Assembly: GCF_001194135.2 (NCBI RefSeq)
Contig: NC_069004.1
Location: forward strand, 23,098,803 to 23,162,802
Direction of reading: 5' to 3'
Source of the DNA: Octopus bimaculoides
Lineage: Eukaryota
DNA: 64,000 nt
Shown: piece by piece, positions 40,431-53,089 of the stretch
Numbering within the stretch: position 1 is the stretch's first letter
How the letters are laid out: every line of letters begins with the position of its first letter
Position numbers and translations under genes: made by a program
The notes under the pieces: model-generated
The model's database searches: none
What the model was told of the DNA's origin: nothing
What the model saw: the letters and a program-made list of their open reading frames with translations, nothing else

Positions 40431-40709
40431 GCTAAGGACAGCACCTTGGATTGGGAAGCGTGGAATAACATCATCACCAGAGTCCATCATTCAATGGCAC
40501 CCATGGCAGCATATTGGTTGAGAGGACAGCCTCCCATTCCAGTCACCAGCTAGAGATTTCAGAAGAGAAGAAATGAACAGGGGCATGTAGAACCAAGTGT
40601 GCCTCTTAGTAACAAAGGTTGCTCACATGAGCTTAACTTCCATATTTTGTAGCTCTTACAATCTTTCTCTGAAGTGGAAAGAGCTCTGTCACCCTGATTT
40701 TTGCCTTAA

Positions 40710-40914
40710 CCCATTTAAACCAGCCATATCCGGCCCAAATATTTTATGTTCAAATCTGCCTGACCTGACCTCTTACAAATACCCTACAATATCATTCTAA
40801 ATATATACAATCGTATCATCAAAATCTTCACACTACAAACTAATGCAGGATTAATTCAAAACAATTTCAATAAATAAACATTACTTTTGATAGAGTAATC
40901 TGAGTTCCAAAGGA
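40710..40914. mobile_element. piggyBac-type MITE
   Basis: TTAA on both sides (40706-40709, 40915-40918); internal similarity to the other two copies. Confidence 0.55.
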
Positions 40915-41329
40915 TTAAAGTAACTCACTACATGTAGATGGAATCTAAGATCACATTTCCATACATATTATACAATGTAATAGTTTAGTGACCATGAGAT
41001 GGTTAAAGTAATAATGATTTTTTCCTTTAATTATCCTCAAAAATGTGTCCAGTCATAGTAATTGTTTAAGTAACATAAGTGTCCATCTTGACTGGCTTGC
41101 ATGACATAAAAGTTAGTTTGCTTATATACTTGTACACTATCAAAGAATATATATAGAATATTTATGGTACACTAGTTAAATTATTAAACGAGCTTGGAGC
41201 TAAAGAGTTTAAATTATGACCTGTATCATACCAAGTCAAACTTGTGAAATCTAAATACTAAACAGGCTAAAATAACTGTAACCAAAGTCCAAGCAAGCCA
41301 AAACTATTGTTTAATTGTAACCATGACAT

Positions 41330-42040
41330 AGTTGGAATTAATGTATTTGATGGTATATAAGATGCACTCTATCCCAAGGAAATAAGAACCCACAATATGG
41401 TAGAAGCCATAGTCACTCATAATAAAAAGGAAACTGGTGAAATATCCCAGTGAAGACCCCAATAAAATGTAAGCACAACAGACCTGATAGAATGATTTGG
41501 GATAAAGAAGAGAAACTGTGCACAGTTGCAGAAATTATCTGCCCAGCGGATGTTAACATAAAGCTGAAGATCAGTGAAAAAGAGAAGACCTATGCTGAAC
41601 TATTGAGGAATCGGCAGTTACTCCATCCAGATTACAAGTTCAGGTTTATTGCCTGTAATCATTGGGGCCCCTTGGATATGTAACACACTGCCTAAATACC
41701 AATCTTGAGAAAGTAGGCTTCTCAAAACCAGAAAGGAGAAAGCTGATTCGAAGACTACAGATCCAATCCATCACTGGAACTGTAAAAATTTGTAAAACTT
41801 TCCAGAAGTTTGTCATTTAAATATATATGAGCATGTCTAGATATGCAACTATATGCATGAGAATACATATATAAAACATACAAATCTGCTCATACATACA
41901 TACATACATACATACAAACAAACAAAAATACCCTGTTGTTGATGTTGAAATTCCAATGAAGGAGCCTTGGATCTAGGTTAGAAACCAGTTCTTTCTCTAT
42001 TGGCAAAAAATCTTGAAATAAACTGAATAATGACATACAC
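41330..42040 (+). mobile_element. R4-clade RLE non-LTR 3' end with 3' UTR
   Basis: 'HNRPDRMIWDKEEKLCTVAEIICPAD', 'PVIIGALGYV' and 'QSITGTVKICKTFQKF*'. Confidence 0.85.
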
Positions 42041-42759
42041 ACACATGACAGGTTTCTTTCAGCTTCCATCTACCAAATCCAGGCATAAGGCTTTGGTCAG
42101 CCCAGAGTTATTGTAGAAGACACTTGCCCAAGTTATCACAGAGTGGGACTTAACTGAAGACCACATGGCTGAGAATCAAGCTTCTTTAGGCACATCAATT
42201 TCCCCTTCAAAGGCCACATGCACTGCCTCACCTCTTAATTTGAGACAAGGTTTCTCTGGTAATGGTCAAAATGGTTTTGGCCCATCTGACTGGTATTCGG
42301 TAAGATGGAACAAGAACTGATCGCTGTTAGTAATAGTAGTAATGTTTAATGGTGATAATTATTTTTACAACTTTGCCTTTCATTTTTTTTTTTTTTTGGT
42401 GGGGAGGTGTCAGTAAAATAACTATCAGTCAAATACTGGGGTCTGTGTAATCCCCCTCCCCTCAAAATTGCTGGCCTTGTGCCAAAATTAGAAAGAGTTG
42501 TTATTATAATGTAAGGTGGTGAGCTGGCAGTATTGTTGGAACATTAGCCAGACTGCCTAACAGTATTTCTTCCAACAAATATTCTGAGTTCAAATTTCAC
42601 CAAGATCAACTTTGCCTTTTATCCTACAAGGGGTGATAAAATAAAGTACCAATCAAGTACTGGAATTGATGTAATCAACTAATGCCCTCAACCAAATTTC
42701 AGGTCTTGTACCTATATTAGAAACCATTATTCATTTTAAAAAAATATCTATTTTCCTGG

Positions 42760-43100
42760 AAGTTGTGAGGAAACAAAGTCAGGGTGGGTCACACTTGTGT
42801 AGGTATGCCAGAACATTTAGTTATCCATGGCATTGGAACATGATCAAGGATGTTTAAATACTCAATTGTTTTGATGTTAAACCCTGCTTCTTGGAAATTA
42901 CGTGCTATTGCATATCCTTCATGAATAATGGTTCCAAACACCATCACTGTGGTTGGCTTTTTTTATGTACAATGACTGGAAATTCAGAATGCTTTGGGGA
43001 GGAGACAATCTGATGATTTAATTGACAATGAACTTCTTTCTTTCCATTGACTAAAATTCCCACTTTCATTCATGTATTCTTTGAGATCAGTAATAACAGA
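42760..43100 (-). mobile_element. Degenerate DD37D transposase fragment
   Basis: 'KPTTVMVFGTII.EG...FNIKTIEYLNILDHV.MPWI'. Confidence 0.55.
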
Positions 43101-43542
43101 AAACATAGGGGTACCCTCAGCAGTACAGCAATTCTTCAACGGATTTGAGGTTAGTGGTTAGGGTCCAGCACTCAGAATTGCAAGATCGCAGTTTCAATTC
43201 CTGGACCAGGTTGGTGCAGTGTGATCGTGAGCAAAACACATCTCATGTTGCTCTACGATCACTTTGGCATCTGATGTGCAGCAAACTATGCACCTATACA
43301 GGCAATGTTGATTTGATGGAGAGAGCAAGCTAATGCACAGCACAAATATTTAATCACTATAAACATCTGTACAGGTTGTTCAGCATGAAATTGCAGAACC
43401 CTAATTTTCATTTATGACTGGAGAATCCACAATGAATCTGTGATAAAGAATGGTTTGGCAACCTGCAAAATGTAACTTAATGCCTAAACTGTTTTGAACA
43501 GCAACTTGGGCAACAATGTGGGAATAGCAATGATTTACTTAC

Positions 43543-43638
43543 ATTATATCTTGATGAATATAATGTGGCAAAACAAACGCAGAGATCATGAAACACTGTT
43601 CACTAATCACATTTCGTCCATCAATGACTGTTGTCTTC
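43543..43638 (-). CDS. Probable start exon of the coiled-coil gene (ATG at 43589: MISAFVLPHYIHQDI)
   Basis: Acceptor ccatatttacag, donor AT|gtaagt, 96 nt with one open frame; AT+T gives Ile across the junction to 37299. Confidence 0.5.
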
Positions 43639-43927
43639 CTGTAAATATGGTTATTTTCTTCTTATATAAAACATATGCAGGATTCCCCCCCCCTCCTCCT
43701 CATCATTTAACATCCGTTTTCCGAGTCGGCATGGGTTAGACAACTTGACAGGGGCTGGCATAAATGTATGTATGTCTTTTCAAACCAATCGTTTTTCCGT
43801 CATCTGCTCCCAGTTTTCAACATTCACACTAAGAGCCTTAGTTTATGTTTCGAACGTTTACCACGTTGCAACACACACACACGCACACGCACACACACAG
43901 CACAGACAAGATAGGATACGATCGATC

Positions 43928-43978
<51 letters not shown>

Positions 43979-44050
43979 CATTAGGTAGACAGACAGACAG
44001 ACAGACAGATAGATGGATAGTGGGGGAGAGGGAGAGAACATATAACTTAC

Positions 44051-44549
44051 TTTGACGTTTTAAAAGTTTGTAGAGTTCACGGGGTCAAAAAACTGGATGT
44101 TTGATTCGCGGTTTCACATTTTATCTTAGCAGTTCAATTTGTCTGATATTGTGTGTGTATGCGTGTGTGTGTGCAGTTTGTATAACAATGACTGTAAGAT
44201 ATATCTATAAAGTATCTATATATAAAAAGTATCTTTATATGTCTACGCTTTATATACTTGAGATGTCGATCTATCAGATTATTTCTTGGTCTTTTTTCTT
44301 CCAGTAAGGATTTCAGTGTTTATATTAATTCATCAGTGAGAAGAATGAATGCATATAAGTGTATGGCAGAGAGGGGGAGAGGAAAAGAGAGGAAGCGAGA
44401 GAGAGGGAGAGAGAGGAAAAGAGAGGGAGAGAGAGGAAAAGAAAGGGAGAGAGAGAGTATGTGTGTGTGAGAGAGAGAGAGAGCACATACATGTATTTGC
44501 GAAATAATTTGCTAATGTATGTGCACACGTGCTTGATGAACATACACAC

Positions 44550-44592
<43 letters not shown>

Positions 44593-44800
44593 CACGCATG
44601 TATATGTGTATAGGGAGACAGAGAGAGACAAAGAGAGACAGAAAAAGAAAGTGTTCCCTGTGCGAAGCCAGCGTTTTATCGCAGCAGACGACGTTCTTTG
44701 TCGTCTGCTGCTCTAAATGGATGAAATCTTTTTCCGCCTTCAATGGTCAACTATAATCTGAAAATTTTTAAAGGAATATGAAGAAATTATCTTTTTTTTT
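44051..44800 (-). promoter_or_regulatory. Putative promoter and non-coding first exon of the coiled-coil gene
   Basis: Strong donor AAA|gtaagt at 44050, an in-frame stop upstream, and unique CpG-retaining sequence among microsatellites. TSS not determinable. Confidence 0.4.
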
Positions 44801-47461
44801 TAAGAAAAAAAACTTAAAGTATTTCATTAAACAAGTGAAAGAACTGTTATAAGGAAAATACAAGGTGAAAATAAAATGAAACTTGTAATTTAGGCTCATC
44901 TCTGTCCTGATCCTGCAGACTTATGATCATATGTATTCCGGCCGTGGCCATCCGGTATTTTTCTTCTTTTAAGCGTTGGTACGGCTCTGCAATTAAGAAG
45001 TGGTTTCGGGTTCATTCCCACTCAGCAGCACTTTGGGCAAGTGTCTTCTACCATAACCCTGGTCCAATCAATGCCTTGTGAGAGAATTTGGTAGACGGAA
45101 ACTGTGTGGAAGCTCGTTGTATATGCATACATCTTAGTGTATGTGTGTGTATGCCTTTGTATTTCTCACCCCCCCCCACTGCTTGGCAACCGGACTTGGT
45201 TTGTTTACTTCCCCATAAATTAGACCAATAAAATAGTACCAGGCTTAAAAACAAGGTGTGATTTGTTCGACTAAAAATCCTTCAAGGCAGTGCTGCAGCG
45301 TGGCCACAATCTAATGACTAAAACAAGTAAAAAATAAACGATAAAAAGATATGGTATTATCAAGGGTCACGTTATTCAACATACCCTTTTTTTAAGGCAC
45401 TCGCGTATGTTGTGAACTCTGTTAGCTGTGTGTTGCAGAGAGAGTGTTGCTTGGGTAATTGTCGTACTGAATGGTTGTTATTAGATTAGGCACGGATCCG
45501 TCTTAAAGTAGGGGTACATTGGGCAGTTATCCCGGGAATCTCACAGGTCTAGGGACCCAGTTCTCACCTTTGTATTCTGTAACTTGCTGTCAATAAATAA
45601 ATACTACAGGGCCTACAATGCCGCTAACACAGTCCTGAGCATGAGCAACTTTTCTCGAGAAGTGGGCCGCACGAAACATGGTTCATCATCAGGCAGGCCG
45701 CACTGTGCCATTCAGACAGTCCTGAATGTTTGCCTATGACTGTAGAAGATCGTCGTAGTGTTGGATGTTTATCAAGTAGTAACCATTATTGTTATTTAGC
45801 CTTAGGTCATTCCCAACCACGACGATCCTGTCATTATTCAAAGTGTTATCGGTAAATTTTACCCGGGTGGTAATAAATGAATTCGGATTATTCTTGACGT
45901 TGCATCATAGATTCTTTTGTATTCTTTTAGCTGTTATTTCCGTTCAAGAAATATCTCAACGAGAAAATTGGCTTCCGTCAATCGAGGACATTTTCTAAAC
46001 ATATTATGAACGTATAGAACATTCAAAAGAAAGAAATCATTGAAGAGATTGCAATCATTAAATCTATCTTAAAAGTTTATTATATTTCATCTCTTACTTG
46101 TTTCAGTCATTGAACTGTGGCCATGCTGGAGTACCGCCTGCAACTGTTTCGTCGAGCAAATCAACTCTTGTATTTGTTTTGCTTTGTTTGTTTGTTTTTT
46201 ACTGTCAAATACTGATTTTATTGGGTCCCTTTCGCCGAACCGCTAGTTTACAGGGACGTAAACAGACCAACACCGATTGTCAAGCGGTGGAGGGGATTAA
46301 TACAACACACAAACACAATCAGGTACTGATTTTGTTGGACTCCTTTCGCCGAACCGTTAAGTTACGGGGACGTAAACAGACCAACACTGACAAACGGTGG
46401 AGGGGACTTAATGTAACATACACACTTATACATACATACATGATGAGCTTCCACACAGTTTCCATCTATCAAATTCATTCTCAAGGCATTGGTCAACTCA
46501 GGGTTAAAATAAAAGACCCCTACCTAAGGTACCATACAGTGGGACTGAACCCGAAACCACATGGTTACGAAGCGAACTTCAGTAATTTTGAGGAGAGAGA
46601 ATCATTCGTTTACATCAGTCCAGTACTTGAACTGATTCCTAATTTTATCAATCTAGAAATTGACCCTCTCGGGATTTCAACACAGTACATGAGGAGCCGG
46701 AACAAATGCCCCAAAGCTTTAATGATTCTGCCAGTTTTCCCCCACCGCCATCCCCTCGTAAGTTAGTAATAATGGTTTCAAAATTTAGCACAAAACCAGC
46801 CAATTTAGAAGAGAGGAGTAAATACATCGACTCCAGTGCTTAACTGGTACTTATTTTATCGACCCTGAAAGGATGAAAGGCAAAGTTGAATTAGGTGGAA
46901 TTTGAACTCAGAACGTTAAAAGCCAGAAGAACTGATGCTAAGTATTTTGTCCGACGCGCTAACGATTCTCCCAGCTTGAAATTGGGAGGAATGAAATAGT
47001 GCTATGATGGTTGTCTTAAAAGAATGCATGCATCTTCCAAGATATAGGCCAAATTTTTGCATCTAGCTAGCTGAAATTTTGCGTCGAGCCAATTTTTTTC
47101 AAAGACAAAGCACATGTGACTTTACTAAAAAAATGTTTCTGTTTATTTTGCATCTGAGAGAAAAAAAGACATTTTTTTTTAATATAGTACCACAAATATG
47201 GCAATATGCATTGGAAAATTTACTGACAATAAAAATTATTCATATTGTGTAATTATGTAAACTAGTACAGCATTTTAAAAGCAAAAAATGTCTACACAGA
47301 AAATATAAATAGCTTTAAATTAAAGTTTATATTAGGTTCTGTATGTTATTTTTGAGCACAATTTTATGAAACATTTAGAACATGAAATGTTAAATATATC
47401 TTCATCATTCTTGGAGTTTACATCTTTGTCGACATGAACATCGCCTTGAGAAAGGTTAGGA

Positions 47462-48278
47462 AGGTTCCATACAGTAATGGGTCCATACTCCTCTAGACCC
47501 TGTAAAAGGTTCCATACGCTAATGGTTCCATACTCCTCTAGACCCTGTAAAAGGTTCCATATGCTAATGGTTCCATACTCCTCTAGACCCTGTAAAAGAT
47601 TCCATACACTAATGGTTCCATACTCCTCTAGACCCTGTAAAAGGTTCCATATGCTAATGGTTCCATACTCTTCTAGACCCTGTAAAAGATTCCATACACT
47701 AATGGTTCCATACTCCTCTAGACCCTGTAAAAGATTCCATACACTAATGGTTCCATACTCCTCTAGACCCTATAAAAGATTCCATACACTAATGGTTCCA
47801 TACTGATCTAGACCCTGTAAAAGATTCCATACACTAATGGTTCCATACTCCTCTAGACCCTGTAAAAGGTTCCATATGCTAATGGTTCCATACTCCTCTA
47901 GACCCTGTAAAAGATTCCATACACTAATGGTTCCATACTCCTCTAGACCCTGTAAAAGGTTCCATATGCTANNNNNNNNNNCATATGCTAATGGTTCCAT
48001 ACTCCTCTAGACCCTGTAAAAGATTCCATACACTAATGGTTCCATACTCCTCTAGACCCTGTAAAAGGTTCCATACGCTAATGGTTCCATACTCCTCTAG
48101 ACCCTGTAAAAGATTCCATACACTAATGGTTCCATACTCCTCTAGACTCTGTAAAAGATTCCATACTCCTCTAGACCCTGTAAAAGGTTCCGTATGCTAA
48201 TGGTTCCATACTCCTCTAGACCCTGTAAAAGGTTCCATACACTAATGGTTCCATACTCCTCTAGACCCTGTAAAAGAT
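47462..48278. repeat. 45-bp minisatellite, about 18 copies
   Basis: Unit CCATACACTAATGGTT+CCATACTCCTCTAGACCCTGTAAAAGRTT; one 29-bp short unit near 48160; 10-N gap inside. Confidence 0.95.
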
Positions 48279-49911
48279 TACCATGATCAACGGTATACTG
48301 AAACCATACATATTCCTCTCATACTATATTAGTAATCCTATGGAAAACCCACATGTAATTCAGGAAGACTCCGCTGTATCAGAAACTGCCAAAATGAGCA
48401 TCCTTATATTAGAGATAGTGAGATGGAAACGTTTGCTTGGATGCAAAAAATTCTGAGTGAATCGATAGAAAATTGTCGCCACCTTTTTACAAAGTAGAGG
48501 TGACTCATGTGATTATATTTTAAAATAATAAATAAATAGTATTAATAAACTCAAATGCGATTGTTAATTTCTATATGAAAATTTTTTTTAATGGTGAATG
48601 CAGACAGTGTAATAATAACACAAACGTCTATTTATCGGTAGCAATATTATGTTTAATTAGAATAATTAACAACTTAAATACTGGAGTCAATATGGCAACA
48701 CTGAACGAAATTCCATTTAAATACCATAAATAATAATTGGCGCAAATAAACAAATATTTGAAGTCATTTATATCAACGTACAAGAACCAATTGGTAACAC
48801 AATGATAATTTATATCGGCCATTTATGGAAATTAGTCTGGAACATTTTTTTCTTCTGGATGCCTCGTCCAAATTTGAGGCTATCTGCCTTTATCAGAAAA
48901 CTAATGTGCGATTTAGAATGTATTACATAAAGCTGAGGGATTATAAGACTGAGGGTTAAACTCCATTAACTATACAATAATGAGGAAAAGCACAAGTTTT
49001 GATTTTCGTTCCATTTCGAAGAGCTTGTTCACATGTGATACACAGGACAGCTTTCCTTAGAATCCATGCATTATATGTGATACACATTCCTAATTTTTTT
49101 CAGTCACTAGAGTAACTTTGTACTCATGAAAGGAAAGCTTTATAGGCATAACTACAGGGTTTTACCCCCCAGAGTTTGGGATTATGCCGCTTTATATTAC
49201 TGAGAACGTATAAAAACAGTGGCTAACTAAAAAGTCTGAAAACAAGCATGGACGTTTTGGACAAATTAATGAAAATGCTTTGGACAGGCAAGGGTTTAAT
49301 AACTGCTAGTTGTTTATTTCCAGGTCATTTATGATCCATCAGACAAGTAATAAAAGACATTCCAGTTATGATCATCCTGTTTTTTTAGAGGTATTTCAGG
49401 CTGGTGACCGGTAATAAAGTCACCGGAAAAAAGTCACAGTAATAAAGTCACAATTAATTCATGGGATCCGGACAAAACCCCTGTGACTTTTTAACCTGGA
49501 TTCATAAGTCCGTAATAACCTAATGTGTCTTCTTATGTTAGACGATAGGTATGATCTGAGGGTTATTTTACTGAAATTCAGTACTTCGAACACAACTTTT
49601 ATTTATTATCACGAACCCGTGGAGAAATAGCAGCAAAATCCCGCTTAAATCATTCACTCTGTTACCTAAGAATGAAGAACGTATTTGAAAACCTAGTCTT
49701 ATTATAACTATTATTATGTAGCAGTACACGGTATTTACGGATTTTTATGTTCTGAGATCAAATCCAGTGGAAGTCAACTTTGCCTTTCTTTCTTCCAGGT
49801 GGGGAAGATGTCGATAAAATAAAGTACCAACTAGTTTAATCGATTCAGCTCTCCTCGCCAAATTTGAGGCATGGTGCCTATGCAATATGTTGTATTGTGT
49901 AAAGTTTATAA

Positions 49912-50142
49912 GGCGGCGAGCTGGCAGAATCGTTAGCACGCCGGGCGAAATTCTTAGCGGTATTTCGTCTGCCGTTACGTTCTGAGTTCAAATGCTGCCG
50001 AGGTCGACTTTGCCTTTCATCCTTTCGGGGTCGATAAATTAAGTACCAGTTACGCACTGGGGTCGATGAAATCGACTTAATCCGTTCGTCTGTTCTTGTT
50101 TGTTCCCTCTATGTTTAGCCCCTTGTGGGCAATAACGAAATA
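49912..50142 (+). mobile_element. tRNA-derived SINE, CpG-intact copy; many decayed copies elsewhere (e.g. about 3730, 15000, 18600, 42530, 54300, 56760, 56950, 62560)
   Basis: A box TGGCAGAATCG, B box GAGTTCAAAT, and a central GCCTTTCATCCTTTCGGGGTCGATAAATTAAGTACC resembling the Meta-SINE domain (from memory). Confidence 0.85.
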
Positions 50143-50521
50143 GGTATTTCGTCCATCTTTACGTTCTGAGTTCAAATTCCACTGATGTTGACTTCGCTTT
50201 TCATTCTTTTAGAGTCGATAAAATATGTACCAGTTGAGTAATGGAGTTGATGTAATCGACTTACTCCTCCCCCGAAATGACTGGCCTTGCATCAAAATTT
50301 AAAACTAATGTCAAGTTTATGGCTTCTTCCTTTCCTTAAGTTACAGATCCCCTTGATACATACAGACGTCACACAGTTCCATTTATGTGAATACAAATAC
50401 GAAGCTGTGTCTATGGCCGAGACTCTAAGCCTCAATCAAGTAGACTTATGTTCAAAGGTATTCCAGCTGCAACCATGTCATCTAATTTTGAGATATATCT
50501 AGATCCATATTATTCAATGTA

Positions 50522-51716
50522 TCAGGTCATCCCATAAATAATGCGGTTTTTTAATACTTCTTTTATTTTTCAAAATTAAAATAAAGTTCTTTTTTAATCT
50601 AAAATATACTCTCTTTCATTTTCTACAATACTCTTCCATCTATCTGGAAGACCTGCAAGGCCTCTCTTCCTAAATTCACTTATCCATGATGAAAAATACT
50701 CCTCCAGCCCCATTCTGACCTTGTCTACAGAATTCACATTTTTTTCCATCCAAATGATTTTGAAGACTGCAGAATAAATGATAATCAGATAGGGCAATGT
50801 CTGGTGAATATGATGAGTGGGGCATCATTTCTCATTCAAACTGTTCCAGCCTTTGGAATATCATCTTTGCTGTATGTGGCCAAACATTATCCTGATGGAA
50901 AACACTTTCCGTTTTTCTTCCAATGCTGATTTAAGCTGTTTGCAGTAGATCTCATTTCTTATCATTTGGTTTGGGTTTAAAAGTTCAAAGTGGACTAAAC
51001 CTTTCATATCCCACCAAACAGATAACAACACCTTATGTGGGTGAAGACCTTCTTTAGCCTGGGGTGCCGGTGTTTCTCCTTTCCCTACCCACTGTCTTTG
51101 GCGCTTGACATTTTTATAGAGAACCCATTTCTTGTCTCCATTCAGTGACAGCAAAGAAGAGCACACATTCACTCTCTGCGTGCAATTAGACTTGAAAAGT
51201 TTGTGAGGAACCCATTGATCCAATTTGCTTTTCCGATGGTACGCAGGTGCTGATGAATGGCTGAATGACCAAATCCAAGTTTCTCTGCTAGTTCTTCAAC
51301 AGTTACGATGGGATTTTGTTCCACCAGGATTTGTAGGATGTCCTCATCAAGTTCTACAGATCTTCCAGGATGAGGCTCGTCTTCTAGGCTGTAGTTTCTG
51401 GAACCATCGTTGACACTGGCTTATGTTTATTGTCCGAACTCCATCTACTGCATTAATATTCCTTGCACTTTCTGTTACGTTGTTGCCTTTATTGAACTCA
51501 TAAAGCAAAACATGCTCCCTTGTCACTTCCATTATAGCTTTGAAAAAAAAATAACTTAAAATCGAACTGCACTCTTCAAAACTTGCACTAAGAATAAGTA
51601 CAAGATAAAATTACTACCTGCTTTTATAGCAAGTTGATGCAGGTAGATTATCCTATCTCCCTCCAACTTTTAGTTCATGCAATTGAAAAAACTGCATTAT
51701 TTATGGGATGACCCAA
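50522..51716 (-). mobile_element. Near full-length decayed mariner (Hsmar1/cecropia-like)
   Basis: TIRs tcaggtcatcccataaataatgcggttttt / ttgggtcatcccataaataatgcagttttt with TA TSDs; 'WVPHKL', 'GDKKWVLYKN' and 'LHPHKVLLSVWWD'. Confidence 0.92.
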
Positions 51717-51799
51717 TACCATTTAAAGTCAGTAAGGTGCGATTTAAAGATTAAGCTGTTATTTCTAGCAGCCAAATCTACCTTAAATCAAACCCTACT

Positions 51800-52200
51800 G
51801 ACTTGAGAAAAGAACACCAATGCTGAATGATGTAGTTGCAAGCAGGGGAACGAGCTGGGTTGGGAGGCTGGGTTAGGGAAGAAACTGTGGACCAAGAGGT
51901 CTCGTTTGAAGGAGGGGAGGGGTCAGTTAGGGAAGATATGCAAAGTGGAGGGGTCGGACTGGAGTTGCAAGAAGGCTCTGAGAATGGTGCGTTGGAGACA
52001 GGGTGGTAGATGAGGGGTAACAGAAGACAGGTGACAGTGGGGTGGGTGCAGGGGAGGAGAACAGATGCACGGTCCATGGAACATGCTCTGGCAAGAGCGG
52101 GATCCACGTAGGATGAAGTGGCGAGCCATGGGTTGAGACTAGGTCACAAAGCCATGGTTTGGTAAAAACTTGAGCAGGTGTTAGGAAACCCCCACTAAAA
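51800..52200 (-). mobile_element. Penelope-like (Neptune-type) fragment, RT-to-GIY-YIG linker
   Basis: 'PLIYHP..QRTILRAFLQLQSDPSTLHIFPN.PLPSFKRDL.VHS..P...FPC'. Confidence 0.7.
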
Positions 52201-52368
52201 TTTTGCATGATTTGGGTCAAAAGTGGTGATTGATTTAAGTTAGGAGTGATTTTTTCTCAAATAAAACAAAATAAATGTTAGTTTCCTAATTTTTCTGAAA
52301 TTATTCATTGAATTACAGAATAGGGTTATTAGGTTGCGAAAAAGTTCATAACCATAATATATACACAC

Positions 52369-52407
<39 letters not shown>

Positions 52408-53089
52408 CACCATTTCGAGCGTGGCCGTTTTCGTGCGGGTGACACGTAAAAGCACCCACTACACTCTCTGAGTGGTTGGCGTTAGGAAGGGCATCCAGCT
52501 GTAGAAACTCTGCCAAATCAGACTGGAGCCTGGTGTTGCCATCCGGTTTCACCAGTCCTCAGTCAAATCGTCCAACCCATGCTAGCATGGAAAGCGGACG
52601 TTAAACGATGATGATGATGATGATATACACACATTATATATATATACATATACACACATTATATATATATACATATACACACATTATATATATATACANN
52701 NNNNNNNNNNNNNNNNNNNNNNNNNNNNNNNNNNNNNNNNNNNNNNNNNNNNNNNNNNNNNNNNNNNNNNNNNNNNNNNNNNNNNNNNNNNNNNNNNNNN
52801 NNNNNNNNNNNNNNNNNNNNNNNNNNNNNNNNNNNNNNNNNNNNNNNNNNNNNNNNNNNNNNNNNNNNNNNNNNNNNNNNNNNNNNNNNNNNNATACACA
52901 CACACACACACATATATATACACAATGTAATTTAGATTCAGTTGAATTGGGTACTTAAATTGAGGCACCTTGTTAGGACAAACAAATTTGTACACTCAAA
53001 CAATATTAGGCATCAAACTCTACATAGAATTTTTTCCACCTGATATTCATGCAGTGTGTGCAGATGGTACAATCCAACTTAGTGAATAA

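Noticed and set aside
46098-46766. 222-aa ORF with internal repeat
   Set aside because: Read-through of SINE copies containing a tandemly duplicated segment.
47462-48278. CRISPR-like array
   Set aside because: Units are contiguous with no unique spacers, the context is eukaryotic, and there are no cas genes.
49912-50000. tRNA gene
   Set aside because: A and B boxes belong to a SINE head; there is no cloverleaf and many decayed copies exist in the window.
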